From an uncultured Candidatus Saccharibacteria bacterium (GTDB lineage Bacteria > Patescibacteriota > Minisyncoccia > Phycocordibacterales > DATDWN01): DNA of 34,428 nt. The position numbers were made by a program, and so were the translations under genes. Each line of letters opens with the position of its first letter. Position 1 is the stretch's first letter. The stretch is from positions 1-34,428 of the forward strand of contig CAZKFS010000002.1 in the NCBI GenBank assembly GCA_964552275.1. Direction: 5' to 3'. Below are positions 24,302 to 31,907 of the stretch, piece by piece. The notes beneath the pieces were generated by a model. The model had not been told where the DNA came from, made no database searches, and saw only the letters and a list, made by a program, of their open reading frames with translations.

Positions 24302-25242
24302 GTCGGTAATCCGTGTGTCTCAAGAAAATCTCTCATAGTCACATCTCCCATACCAAAACCGACTGTTGGAACAGGGTCTACACCAAAAAGTTCGAGCAAA
24401 TTGTCGTATCTTCCACCACCAAAAAGAGACCGGTTGTTTTCTGGAGAAGTATCAAAAACTTCAAAGACCATACCTGTGTAGTAGTCAAAGCCACGCACTA
24501 TGCTTGGGTCAAATACTATATTATTTATTCCTTTGTTTTTGTATTCATCGAGAGAAACCACGTCTTTTATTTCCATGTCAGGATTAACACCAAATTTTCT
24601 TAATTCAGCATCGTACTCTTCTTTTGGTATTTTATCTTTTTTATCAAGCAGTCTGAAAATCGATGGGATATCTTCATTTTTTGCACCGTTTGCTATCAAA
24701 ACTTCCTCAAGTTTTTTTCTGTCATTTATTTTAATAACAAAATCCTCATCTTTTGCGCCAAAAGATTTCATTATGCTGTGAGCGAGTGTGATTATCTCAA
24801 CTTCTGCCTCGACACCAGCTATACCCATAACGTCGCAGTTCAACTGCCAGTGTTCTCTCTTCCTACCTCTCTGTGGTTTTTCGTATCTAAATACGTTTGG
24901 TATAGAGAACCATCGTAGGGGGAATTTCAAAGACCGTCTTCTGCCAGCAACCATACGAGCAAGTGTCGGCGTCATCTCTGGTCGGAGCACGACTTCACGT
25001 CCACCACGATCTGTAAAAGAAAATGTTTGGTCATTTACTATTTCTGAACTAGTTTTACTTCTGTATAGTTCTGCAGGTTCTAGGAGGGAAGCAGAGTATT
25101 CTACGTAACCAAATTCTTTTGCTACTTTTTTCCAAGTGTCAAAAATATAGTTTTGGACCGCCATATCTTCTGGGTAAAAGTCCCTGACACCTTTATAGGG
25201 TTCTGTTTCTAGTTTTGATTGCGGTTTTGTTTCTTCTGTCAT
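24289..25242 (-). CDS. histidyl-tRNA synthetase-like class II catalytic core lacking an anticodon-binding domain (HisRS/HisZ-like)
   Basis: Contains GVRDFYPED, RPEMTPTLARM, motif 2 FRYEKPQRGRKREHWQ and motif 3 GGGRYDNL. The protein ends right after GFGMGD. ATG 25242 is preferred over 25287. About 317 aa. Confidence 0.75.
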   Translation of the reverse strand: MTEETKPQSKLETEPYKGVRDFYPEDMAVQNYIFDTWKKVAKEFGYVEYSASLLEPAELYRSKTSSEIVNDQTFSFTDRGGREVVLRPEMTPTLARMVAGRRRSLKFPLRWFSIPNVFRYEKPQRGRKREHWQLNCDVMGIAGVEAEVEIITLAHSIMKSFGAKDEDFVIKINDRKKLEEVLIANGAKNEDIPSIFRLLDKKDKIPKEEYDAELRKFGVNPDMEIKDVVSLDEYKNKGINNIVFDPSIVRGFDYYTGMVFEVFDTSPENNRSLFGGGRYDNLLELFGVDPVPTVGFGMGDVTMRDFLETHGLPTCEK

Positions 25243-25263
25243 ATTGATATAGTGTATCAGAAT
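25243..25263. promoter_or_regulatory. 21-nt divergent intergenic region with back-to-back extended -10 elements (TGaTATAGT on plus, TGaTACACT on minus)
   Basis: The palindromic core TGATATAGTGTATCA was read directly. The starts of truB (25264) and the HisRS-like gene (25242) lie 8-10 nt from the respective -10 elements, with no SD. Confidence 0.45.
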
Positions 25264-26025
25264 ATGGAAAACAGAAAAGGTGTACATGTTTTATATAAAA
25301 ACCTTGGAGAAACGCCAAACGAGGCTATTTTGCGTTTCAAGAAAGATAATCCCGAATACGAAAAAGAGTCCATGACATACGCTGGACGTCTCGATCCTAT
25401 GGCCGAAGGATTGCTCCTCATACTGTCCGGAGATGAGTTACAAAACAAAGAAAAATATCTAAACCTGACAAAGACCTATGAATTTGAAATCTTGTGGGGT
25501 TTTGAAACGGATACGTTGGATGTTTTAGGTTTGGTGTCTCCAGGAATTTCTTTCTCATCACAAGTTTTTCGGGACAACATGATCTCGACTAATTTTCAGG
25601 AATTAATTGGTAAGTTTGAACAGTCTTATCCAGCTTACTCATCCAAACCAGTTAAAGGCAAACCACTTTTTCAATGGGCCAGAGAGGGGAGGTTGGGAGA
25701 TATAGAAATACCGAAACATGAAGTCGAGATGTTTGATGTACAGTATTTATCTAGAAGAACCATGTCCAAAGAAGATTTGCTCAAAGAAATAATTTACAAA
25801 GTAAACTCTGTTTCTGGAGATTTTCGACAGAAAGAAATATTGGAAAAATGGCAACAGGTTTTAGAAAAAACTAATCAAAACGAGTTTGTTTTGGATAAAA
25901 TAACTGCTACTGTTTCAAGCGGTTTCTATATTCGACAGTTTGTTTCTGACTTAGCAAAAAGTTTGGGAATAAATGGGTTAACTTTTCATATAAAAAGAAC
26001 AAGAGTGGGAGACTATGTTCTATAG
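25264..26025 (+). CDS. truB: tRNA pseudouridine(55) synthase
   Basis: Catalytic-Asp motif YAGRLDPMAEGLL. The family N-terminus fits ATG 25264 rather than 25219. Confidence 0.85.
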   Translation: MENRKGVHVLYKNLGETPNEAILRFKKDNPEYEKESMTYAGRLDPMAEGLLLILSGDELQNKEKYLNLTKTYEFEILWGFETDTLDVLGLVSPGISFSSQVFRDNMISTNFQELIGKFEQSYPAYSSKPVKGKPLFQWAREGRLGDIEIPKHEVEMFDVQYLSRRTMSKEDLLKEIIYKVNSVSGDFRQKEILEKWQQVLEKTNQNEFVLDKITATVSSGFYIRQFVSDLAKSLGINGLTFHIKRTRVGDYVL

Positions 26026-26101
26026 TTTGCTATTTTAGTAAATTGTTGGTTATATATTACAAGGATTTACCCTCGATGGGTCGAGGGAAAAGGAGTTCGG
26101 T

Positions 26102-26422
26102 TTGGATAGAGCGAAGGCAATCAGGGAACTGGCGGATATGGTGAGGTCCAGGATGGAGGAACTCAATGCGAAAGCAGAGTTGGCTCCTATCACGGATCGA
26201 GTTGGCAAGAGACCTTTCAATCTGATTCTGGCTGGCGATCCAGGTCGGTTGAAACAAAAGCAGGTCGTATTGGTCTTGTCAGCTATCGGTTTTGACCGAG
26301 ACGAGATGAACGACTGCATGATTTTGTTCCTCTTGGCCAGACAGCCCGTTGAGCGTAATGCGCAACCGAGAAAGCGTTGGAGAGGTTTCGGTCGCCGACG
26401 CCAGCCCTACCTCACGCGGTAG
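26102..26422 (+). CDS. hypothetical protein, 106 aa (GC-rich island H, first unit)
   Basis: TTG start with GGAG (26092-26095) 6 nt upstream. A 5' UTR hairpin CCCTCGA tggg TCGAGGG at 26070-26087. It has its own terminator. Confidence 0.5.
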   Translation: MDRAKAIRELADMVRSRMEELNAKAELAPITDRVGKRPFNLILAGDPGRLKQKQVVLVLSAIGFDRDEMNDCMILFLLARQPVERNAQPRKRWRGFGRRRQPYLTR

Positions 26423-26440
26423 TTGCCGGTTCAGTTCTTC

Positions 26441-26480
26441 GAAGTCCGGGTGCCCTCAGCACCTGGACTTCTTCGTTTTC
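26441..26480 (+). terminator. hairpin terminator after island H first unit
   Basis: Stem GAAGTCCGGGTGC / GCACCTGGACTTC with one G-U pair and loop cctca, followed by TTCGTTTTC. Confidence 0.6.
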
Positions 26481-26536
26481 GCACGGTATTTACAGTTAAC
26501 CGATAGTGTGATTGTATATTAAAGGAATCGCCCCGA

Positions 26537-26884
26537 ATGGCGAACTTCAAGGAGTGGCGAATGCGTGATCCGCGTGCGGCAGCTAGGGTAGCTCTGGGGA
26601 TCGAACTCAGGAGGATTCGTAGGAAGGTTAGGAGGTTGAATGTCGCCGATCTGGCGGCTTTTGACCCAGAACTCAATCCTCAGGCTTTCACTTCGGCGGA
26701 GGGGGGGTGTGTCGAGGACTGTGACCTGATGAGACGGATCATCAGCGTCTATGCCTCTGGACCGGCAGAGGTGATGTCATTGAGGCCCTATCTCGAGCGA
26801 GCCTTTCCCTCTCTCGAAATCGCAACCCCCACTTGGGCCTTGATGATGGATCCAACGGTGACTGTTGGAGCAAGGCTGATGTAG
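26537..26884 (+). CDS. hypothetical protein, 115 aa, possible helix-turn-helix N-terminus (GC-rich island H, second unit)
   Basis: AAAGGA SD lies 9 nt upstream of the ATG. The segment ALGIELRRIRRKVR.LNVADLA resembles the XRE-type HTH pattern. It has its own terminator. Confidence 0.5.
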   Translation: MANFKEWRMRDPRAAARVALGIELRRIRRKVRRLNVADLAAFDPELNPQAFTSAEGGCVEDCDLMRRIISVYASGPAEVMSLRPYLERAFPSLEIATPTWALMMDPTVTVGARLM

Positions 26885-26932
26885 CCGACCTCTTTCCACA
26901 GGTCAGGCCGTAGCGCAATACGGAAAAGTTCA

Positions 26933-26972
26933 GGGTTCCCGTCAGCACGTTGTGCTCGGGAACCCATTTTTT
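26933..26972 (+). terminator. intrinsic terminator of island H, abutting the typA stop codon
   Basis: Stem GGGTTCCCG / CGGGAACCC with inner stem AGCAC gtt GTGCT, then TTTTTT at 26967-26972. Confidence 0.75.
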
Positions 26973-28779
26973 ATTTCTTACTTACTTTTTTTCGTAGTCG
27001 AACAGATTTAGGAGTGATCTCGATGTACTCATCCTCAGACATTATTTCCATGGCTTTCTCGATATCGAGTTTCATTGTTGCAGCGAGGTATACTGATCCA
27101 TCAGAACCACTAGCTCTCATGTTCGTTAGTTGCTTACCTTTTGTTGGGTTCACTGTTAGATCTTCACCTTTTGATACGTTACCAATAACCATTCCTACAT
27201 AAACTTCTGTTCCTGGATCTATATAAAGTGTTCCTCTCTGTTGTAGGTTGTCGAGTGAAAAAGCTAGAGCCTTTCCTTTTTCCATAGAGACCATTGATCC
27301 GTATTTTGTTTTCTTTATTTCGCCGACATATTCACGGAATTCTATAAAACGAGATGACAGGATACCCAAACCTTTTGTGTCTACGACGAACTGGCCTCTG
27401 TAACCCAAAAGTCCTCGTGTTGGTATTTCAAAAATAAGTCTTTGTGTTCCGTGACCTTGTTTTATGTTCATTAGTAAACCTTTTCTTTCTGTTAGTCTAG
27501 ATATAACTGAACTAGCTATATCGTCAGGTACGTCTATAGTAACTTCTTCAAATGGTTCGGTTTTTACTCCGTCAACTTCTTTAATAATAACTTGAGGTTG
27601 AGAAACTTGGAGTTCGAAACCTTCTCGTCTCATGTTTTCACACAATATTGCGATATGGAGTTCTCCACGACCGTATACTGTGAAGTAGTCGTTGTTGTTC
27701 CAATCAACTTTTAGACCAACGTTTATTTCTAGTTCTTTTTCTAGTCTGTCTCGGATTTGTCGTCCAGTTACGAACTTGCCCTCTCTACCAGCAAAAGGTG
27801 AATCGTTTACCAAAAAGTTTAGGGAGATTGTTGGTTCGTCTATGTTTATGGATGGTAGAGCGATAGCGTTTTCGTCTTTACATATAGTATCGCCGATATA
27901 AACGTCTGATAGCCCGGCAACCATAACAATATCACCAGCTGAAGCTTCGTTTGTTTCTACTCTTTTAACTCCTTCGAAACTAAATAGTTTTGTGATTTTA
28001 CCAGAACTGACTTCTCCGTTGTGGTGTTTGTCGAAAACAACGTCACCAAGTTTGATAGTTCCTTCATATACACGACAAACTGCCATTCTTCCAAGAAAGT
28101 TATCGTAAGCTAGGTTAAAGGATTGCAATCTGGCTGGAAGTGTTCTGTCTCCAGTCGCTGGAGGAACTTCTTTGAGGATTGTTTCAAGAAGTGGAGTCAG
28201 ATCTTTGCTTTCATCAGTTAGTTTCATTTTTGCTACGCCTTCTCTTCCGATAGCGTATACAGTAGTAAAGTCTAGTTGCTCATCATTTGCTCCCAACTCT
28301 AGAAATAGTTCTAGCACCATTTCGTGAACTTCGTCTGGTCTAGCTGCTGGTTTGTCTATTTTGTTTATAACAACAATAGGTTTGAGTCCCAACTCCAGAG
28401 ATTTCTTGAGAACAAAACGCGTTTGAGGCATAGGTCCTTCCTGCGCGTCGACGAGCAGAAGAACAGTGTCGATAGATCGCAAAACTCGCTCAACTTCAGA
28501 ACCGAAATCAGAGTGTCCAGGTGTATCCACAATGTTTATTTTGGTCATCTCTCTCCCAGAATCCTTTGGAGGGTAGTAAACAGAAGTATTCTTGGCATAT
28601 ATAGTAATACCTCGTTCTTGTTCTAGAGCATTTGAATCCATAGTCACGTCGCCAGAAGTCATACCTGTCTGTTTCATCAAGGCATCAGTAAGTGTTGTTT
28701 TACCGTGGTCCACGTGGGCTATTATAGCTATGTTACGAATCTGCATTTTTTTGTAAGTTAATGATTTGAAAACCGGCAT
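26971..28779 (-). CDS. typA: translational GTPase TypA/BipA
   Basis: [25 protein letters not shown] and NKID motifs with BipA-like domain order. The likely true start is ATG 28746 (MQIRN...). Confidence 0.92.
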   Translation of the reverse strand: MPVFKSLTYKKMQIRNIAIIAHVDHGKTTLTDALMKQTGMTSGDVTMDSNALEQERGITIYAKNTSVYYPPKDSGREMTKINIVDTPGHSDFGSEVERVLRSIDTVLLLVDAQEGPMPQTRFVLKKSLELGLKPIVVINKIDKPAARPDEVHEMVLELFLELGANDEQLDFTTVYAIGREGVAKMKLTDESKDLTPLLETILKEVPPATGDRTLPARLQSFNLAYDNFLGRMAVCRVYEGTIKLGDVVFDKHHNGEVSSGKITKLFSFEGVKRVETNEASAGDIVMVAGLSDVYIGDTICKDENAIALPSINIDEPTISLNFLVNDSPFAGREGKFVTGRQIRDRLEKELEINVGLKVDWNNNDYFTVYGRGELHIAILCENMRREGFELQVSQPQVIIKEVDGVKTEPFEEVTIDVPDDIASSVISRLTERKGLLMNIKQGHGTQRLIFEIPTRGLLGYRGQFVVDTKGLGILSSRFIEFREYVGEIKKTKYGSMVSMEKGKALAFSLDNLQQRGTLYIDPGTEVYVGMVIGNVSKGEDLTVNPTKGKQLTNMRASGSDGSVYLAATMKLDIEKAMEIMSEDEYIEITPKSVRLRKKVSKK

Positions 28780-28884
28780 TACGCCGGCAATTTCCGATAA
28801 TTAAAGCAAATTTTTCAACTAGAGTCAAATTGGGTATTTCAATATATCCTTGCCTTAATTCATTAAAGTTGAGATTATTATGTA

Positions 28885-29475
28885 ATGTTGATGTCTCCGG
28901 AAGAAATAATATCTATATTGAGTTACTACAAGTATTGGATTATTTTTCCAGTCGCAGTTTTTGAAGGACCGATAATAGCCATTATTTGCGGTTTTTTGGT
29001 CTATTTGGGAATTTTAAATGGTGTTGGTGCTTACGTTATTATGGTGGTCGCTGATACGATAGGTGACTCACTTTACTATTTATTAGGTCGCTTTTGGCGA
29101 TATTCGGATTGGGTTAAAAAATACTCGACTTTTTTGGGGTACTCTGAAAAGAGTGAGGAGTACTTAGAGAATCATTTCAATAAACACAAAGCCAAAACTT
29201 TTCTTTTGGCAAAAATTTCTCATGGTATTGGAGGTTCGGTACAAATAGCTTCTGGCATAGCAAAAGTTAGCTATAAAGATTTTTTTATCTATAGTGTTTT
29301 GGGAACAGTTCCAAAAGTTTTCATACTCTTACTTATTGGTTTTTACTTAGGAAGTTCTTATGAAAAAATAGACGGTTATCTACAGCTGATAGCTTTTGGT
29401 ACGATAGGTATTGTCGTTCTATTTATTTTGTATAAAATATTTAATAAAAAAATAAAGGATTATCTGATACAATAA
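28885..29475 (+). CDS. DedA/VTT-domain family membrane protein
   Basis: The family-like N-terminus contains FEGPIIAIICGFL, followed by multiple TM helices. Confidence 0.7.
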   Translation: MLMSPEEIISILSYYKYWIIFPVAVFEGPIIAIICGFLVYLGILNGVGAYVIMVVADTIGDSLYYLLGRFWRYSDWVKKYSTFLGYSEKSEEYLENHFNKHKAKTFLLAKISHGIGGSVQIASGIAKVSYKDFFIYSVLGTVPKVFILLLIGFYLGSSYEKIDGYLQLIAFGTIGIVVLFILYKIFNKKIKDYLIQ

Positions 29476-29479
29476 ACTT

Positions 29480-29731
29480 ATGCAACAGCCTATATTTTCT
29501 ATGCCAGAGTTTTCCCAAGTAGATCTGTCTGTCGTTATAAACACTCCAGTACTCACATTTATACTCTTATTATTTTTGTTATTTTATATAATTATTTCTG
29601 GGATTCTTATGTATCATTGGTCTATGTATGGAATGAAAAGTGCAAAAGTTTTTCTGGTCGAAACAGTATTTTTGCTAGTGTCTGTTGTTTTGTTTGTCGT
29701 TTCGTTCTTATCCTTGTATTATTTTAAATAA
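29480..29731 (+). CDS. hypothetical 2-TM membrane protein, 83 aa
   Basis: It starts 4 nt after the DedA stop and has two hydrophobic helices. Confidence 0.5.
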   Translation: MQQPIFSMPEFSQVDLSVVINTPVLTFILLLFLLFYIIISGILMYHWSMYGMKSAKVFLVETVFLLVSVVLFVVSFLSLYYFK

Positions 29732-29736
29732 TTCAT

Positions 29737-30297
29737 ATGGTATACAACTCTCTAAATCTTGATCCCAACGAACACGTCATTATGGAAGTCCGGAAACATT
29801 GGATTGTTTTTGTTGGAAATGGATTGGTTACTATTTTTTCTGCATTGTTTCCTATGATTGTTTTTGTTTTGATAAAAAGCTATTTACCCCAAGTGTATAA
29901 CATACCCATCCCTGGCAACGCCTCGGCTTTTCTGGTTTTTGTTTATAGCATCTGGCTTCTTTTCTTGTGGATTTTATTTTTTATGGAGTGGACAACATAC
30001 TATCTGGATGTTTGGTATGTAACTGACAAGCGCATCATCATTGTTGACCAAAAGCGTTTGTTTCATAGAGAGATATCTAACGTTAGGTTTGATAAAATTC
30101 AAGACGTGTCTATTACAGTTCCAGGATTTTTATCAACTCTTTTGGATTTTGGTAATATAAAAGTTCAAACTGCAAGCGAAGGAATTTGTGAGTTTACTAT
30201 GCACGTTATCCGTCATCCCGGAGTTGTTAGACAAGTTATATTTTCAAAACACAATGAAATAGGGGATAAATATATTCCCGGGTCGTCAGGTGTATAA
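29737..30297 (+). CDS. membrane protein with bacterial PH domain (bPH_2/DUF304, YdbS/YdbT-like)
   Basis: Two TM helices are followed by YVTDKRIIIVDQK...ISNVRFDKIQDV...GNIKVQTAS, which is typical of bPH_2. Confidence 0.65.
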   Translation: MVYNSLNLDPNEHVIMEVRKHWIVFVGNGLVTIFSALFPMIVFVLIKSYLPQVYNIPIPGNASAFLVFVYSIWLLFLWILFFMEWTTYYLDVWYVTDKRIIIVDQKRLFHREISNVRFDKIQDVSITVPGFLSTLLDFGNIKVQTASEGICEFTMHVIRHPGVVRQVIFSKHNEIGDKYIPGSSGV

Positions 30298-30370
30298 CTT
30301 CATAATTATTTTTTGTCAAAATGGTATAATATTATTGTGAGATTATTATTAATTAATAAATAATTTTTAT

Positions 30371-30586
30371 ATGAAAGCATTACACATGGTTACCTTCATC
30401 CTTTTGGTGGTTGGAGGATTGAATTGGCTTCTCGTAGGATTTGACTTCAACTTGGTAGACTATATATTCGGCGTTGGCTCTATGGTTTCACAAGTAGTTT
30501 ATATCCTTGTTGGTCTGTCAGCTGTATATCAAATAGCAACTCACAAGAGTTCTTGTAGAGCTTGCTCTTCAGCACCTCAAATGTAA
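30371..30586 (+). CDS. DUF378-family small membrane protein
   Basis: VGGLNWLLVGF motif, two TM helices, 71 aa. Confidence 0.7.
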   Translation: MKALHMVTFILLVVGGLNWLLVGFDFNLVDYIFGVGSMVSQVVYILVGLSAVYQIATHKSSCRACSSAPQM

Positions 30587-30610
30587 TCTTGTCTATTTAT
30601 GTTTGATTAA

Positions 30611-30639
30611 TTTAAAAACCCCTTTAAGGGGTTTTTAAA
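30611..30639. terminator. bidirectional terminator, perfect 14+1+14 palindrome TTTAAAAACCCCTT T AAGGGGTTTTTAAA
   Basis: Read directly from the sequence. It lies between the convergent DUF378 and VanY-like genes. Confidence 0.8.
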
Positions 30640-31539
30640 TTAATCAAAAAGATTTACCAAGTAGGAGTCTATCTCTCTTTGATCTAGCTCGTAAAATGGT
30701 TTTTTTTCATTGTGTAGTCTTGTTGCTAACTCTACTCCAACGTAACGGAAATGCCATGGTTCAAATTGATAATATGTATTTTCTTCTGGATAAGATAGGG
30801 TGAAACCGTATTTATGAGCGTTATCCAAAAGCCATTTATAGCTTTCTGTTTTTTCAAAACCAACAAGGTTGGCACCGGTACTCTTGTCGGTGAAATCAAT
30901 AGTTGTTCCTAGTTGGTGTTCTGAATACCCTTGATCCGCAGAGAATTTATTTGCTGTTCCTGCTCCATAAGTCACTTTATAGTTAGATTTGAGATTGGCT
31001 TGTGTACCAAAAGATCTGTATCCAGATACGACTTGCAAGTCTATTTTGCTAGAAGTCGCATAATCCAAAAGGGCTTTGAGGTGTGGCCACACCCCGGCTA
31101 GTATTTGTGTCGTCTTATCTTTCGTAAACAAGTAGATTGGATCTACTAGGACTAGGTTCTCTGGAGTGTAGTTTTCGTTTAGGAAATATACTTTGGAATA
31201 TTTTTGGAGCAACTTTTCGTCAGTTTTACTCAGTTTATCCAAAGTGTTAACTGTGCTAGTTATGCTTTGTATCTGGCTTTGAAACAGACTACTGTTAGCT
31301 TTTTCTTCTTCTAGGTTTTTTGCTATAGAAGCATTTTGGTTGTTGGCTATAAGTAGTTTTTGACTAAGAATAATATTTTCTGTCTCTAAATTTTCTATTT
31401 TTCTCGTCAGGTTTTGATTGCTATTTTTCATAGACCAAAACTCTAGTACATCGTATGTTAGCGACAATATAAGGAGGGAAACAAACAACAGTTTTACAGA
31501 ATTGTGTTCCCAAGGTTTATGGTGACGAAGTGATCTCAT
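30640..31539 (-). CDS. M15-family D-alanyl-D-alanine carboxypeptidase (VanY-like) with N-terminal anchor and coiled coil
   Basis: SGYRS, SEHQLGTTIDF and EPWHFRYVG zinc-peptidase motifs. Confidence 0.8.
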   Translation of the reverse strand: MRSLRHHKPWEHNSVKLLFVSLLILSLTYDVLEFWSMKNSNQNLTRKIENLETENIILSQKLLIANNQNASIAKNLEEEKANSSLFQSQIQSITSTVNTLDKLSKTDEKLLQKYSKVYFLNENYTPENLVLVDPIYLFTKDKTTQILAGVWPHLKALLDYATSSKIDLQVVSGYRSFGTQANLKSNYKVTYGAGTANKFSADQGYSEHQLGTTIDFTDKSTGANLVGFEKTESYKWLLDNAHKYGFTLSYPEENTYYQFEPWHFRYVGVELATRLHNEKKPFYELDQREIDSYLVNLFD

Positions 31540-31565
31540 AGATGAATTATACCATGATAAGAAAC

Positions 31566-31907
31566 TTATTTTTCAAATGCAAATTTATCAGTTTTTATGT
31601 CCATATGGTGAGCGGTGTAAGTAACAGAACCTTTGTTTAGAACAATAACTTGTGGGGATTCGTGTTTTATTTGAAACATATCAGATATTTTTTGAGACAA
31701 GACTTTTTGGATTTGGACAGTCACTAGATATATTGGGTAATTTATTTTTTTTGCTTTCATTTCTTCCTCCAACTCAGTTTTCAGTCGGCTACTGCTACCA
31801 CATTCTGATGAGTATTTAAAAATAATCACAGGTTGTTTGTTAGATTCCTCGATTATTTCTGAGATATGAGTGGTTACAATAAAGTCATTCATTTTATTTG
31901 AATACAC
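31566..31907 (-). CDS. YtxJ-like (DUF2847) thioredoxin-fold monothiol protein
   Basis: IIFKYSSECGSS and ESPQVIVL resemble the YtxJ pattern (K.S..C.IS ... SPQ). 113 aa. Confidence 0.55.
   Translation of the reverse strand: MYSNKMNDFIVTTHISEIIEESNKQPVIIFKYSSECGSSSRLKTELEEEMKAKKINYPIYLVTVQIQKVLSQKISDMFQIKHESPQVIVLNKGSVTYTAHHMDIKTDKFAFEK

Noticed and set aside
24313-25108. Plus-strand ORFs antisense to the HisRS-like gene
   Set aside because: They are fully embedded antisense to a gene with clear class II aaRS motifs.
26050-26948. Minus-strand ORFs 26050-26319, 26431-26676 and 26742-26948 in island H
   Set aside because: The terminator U-tracts and SD sites are oriented for the plus strand, and the products are Arg/Ser-rich as expected for antisense frames.
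654-26972. Explanation of the GC islands as assembly chimeras
   Set aside because: I rejected this only provisionally. Each island is bounded on both sides by backbone genes in a sensible order. The junctions fall within functional-looking promoter/SD and terminator contexts, and there are nine of them. Read-level validation is still required.
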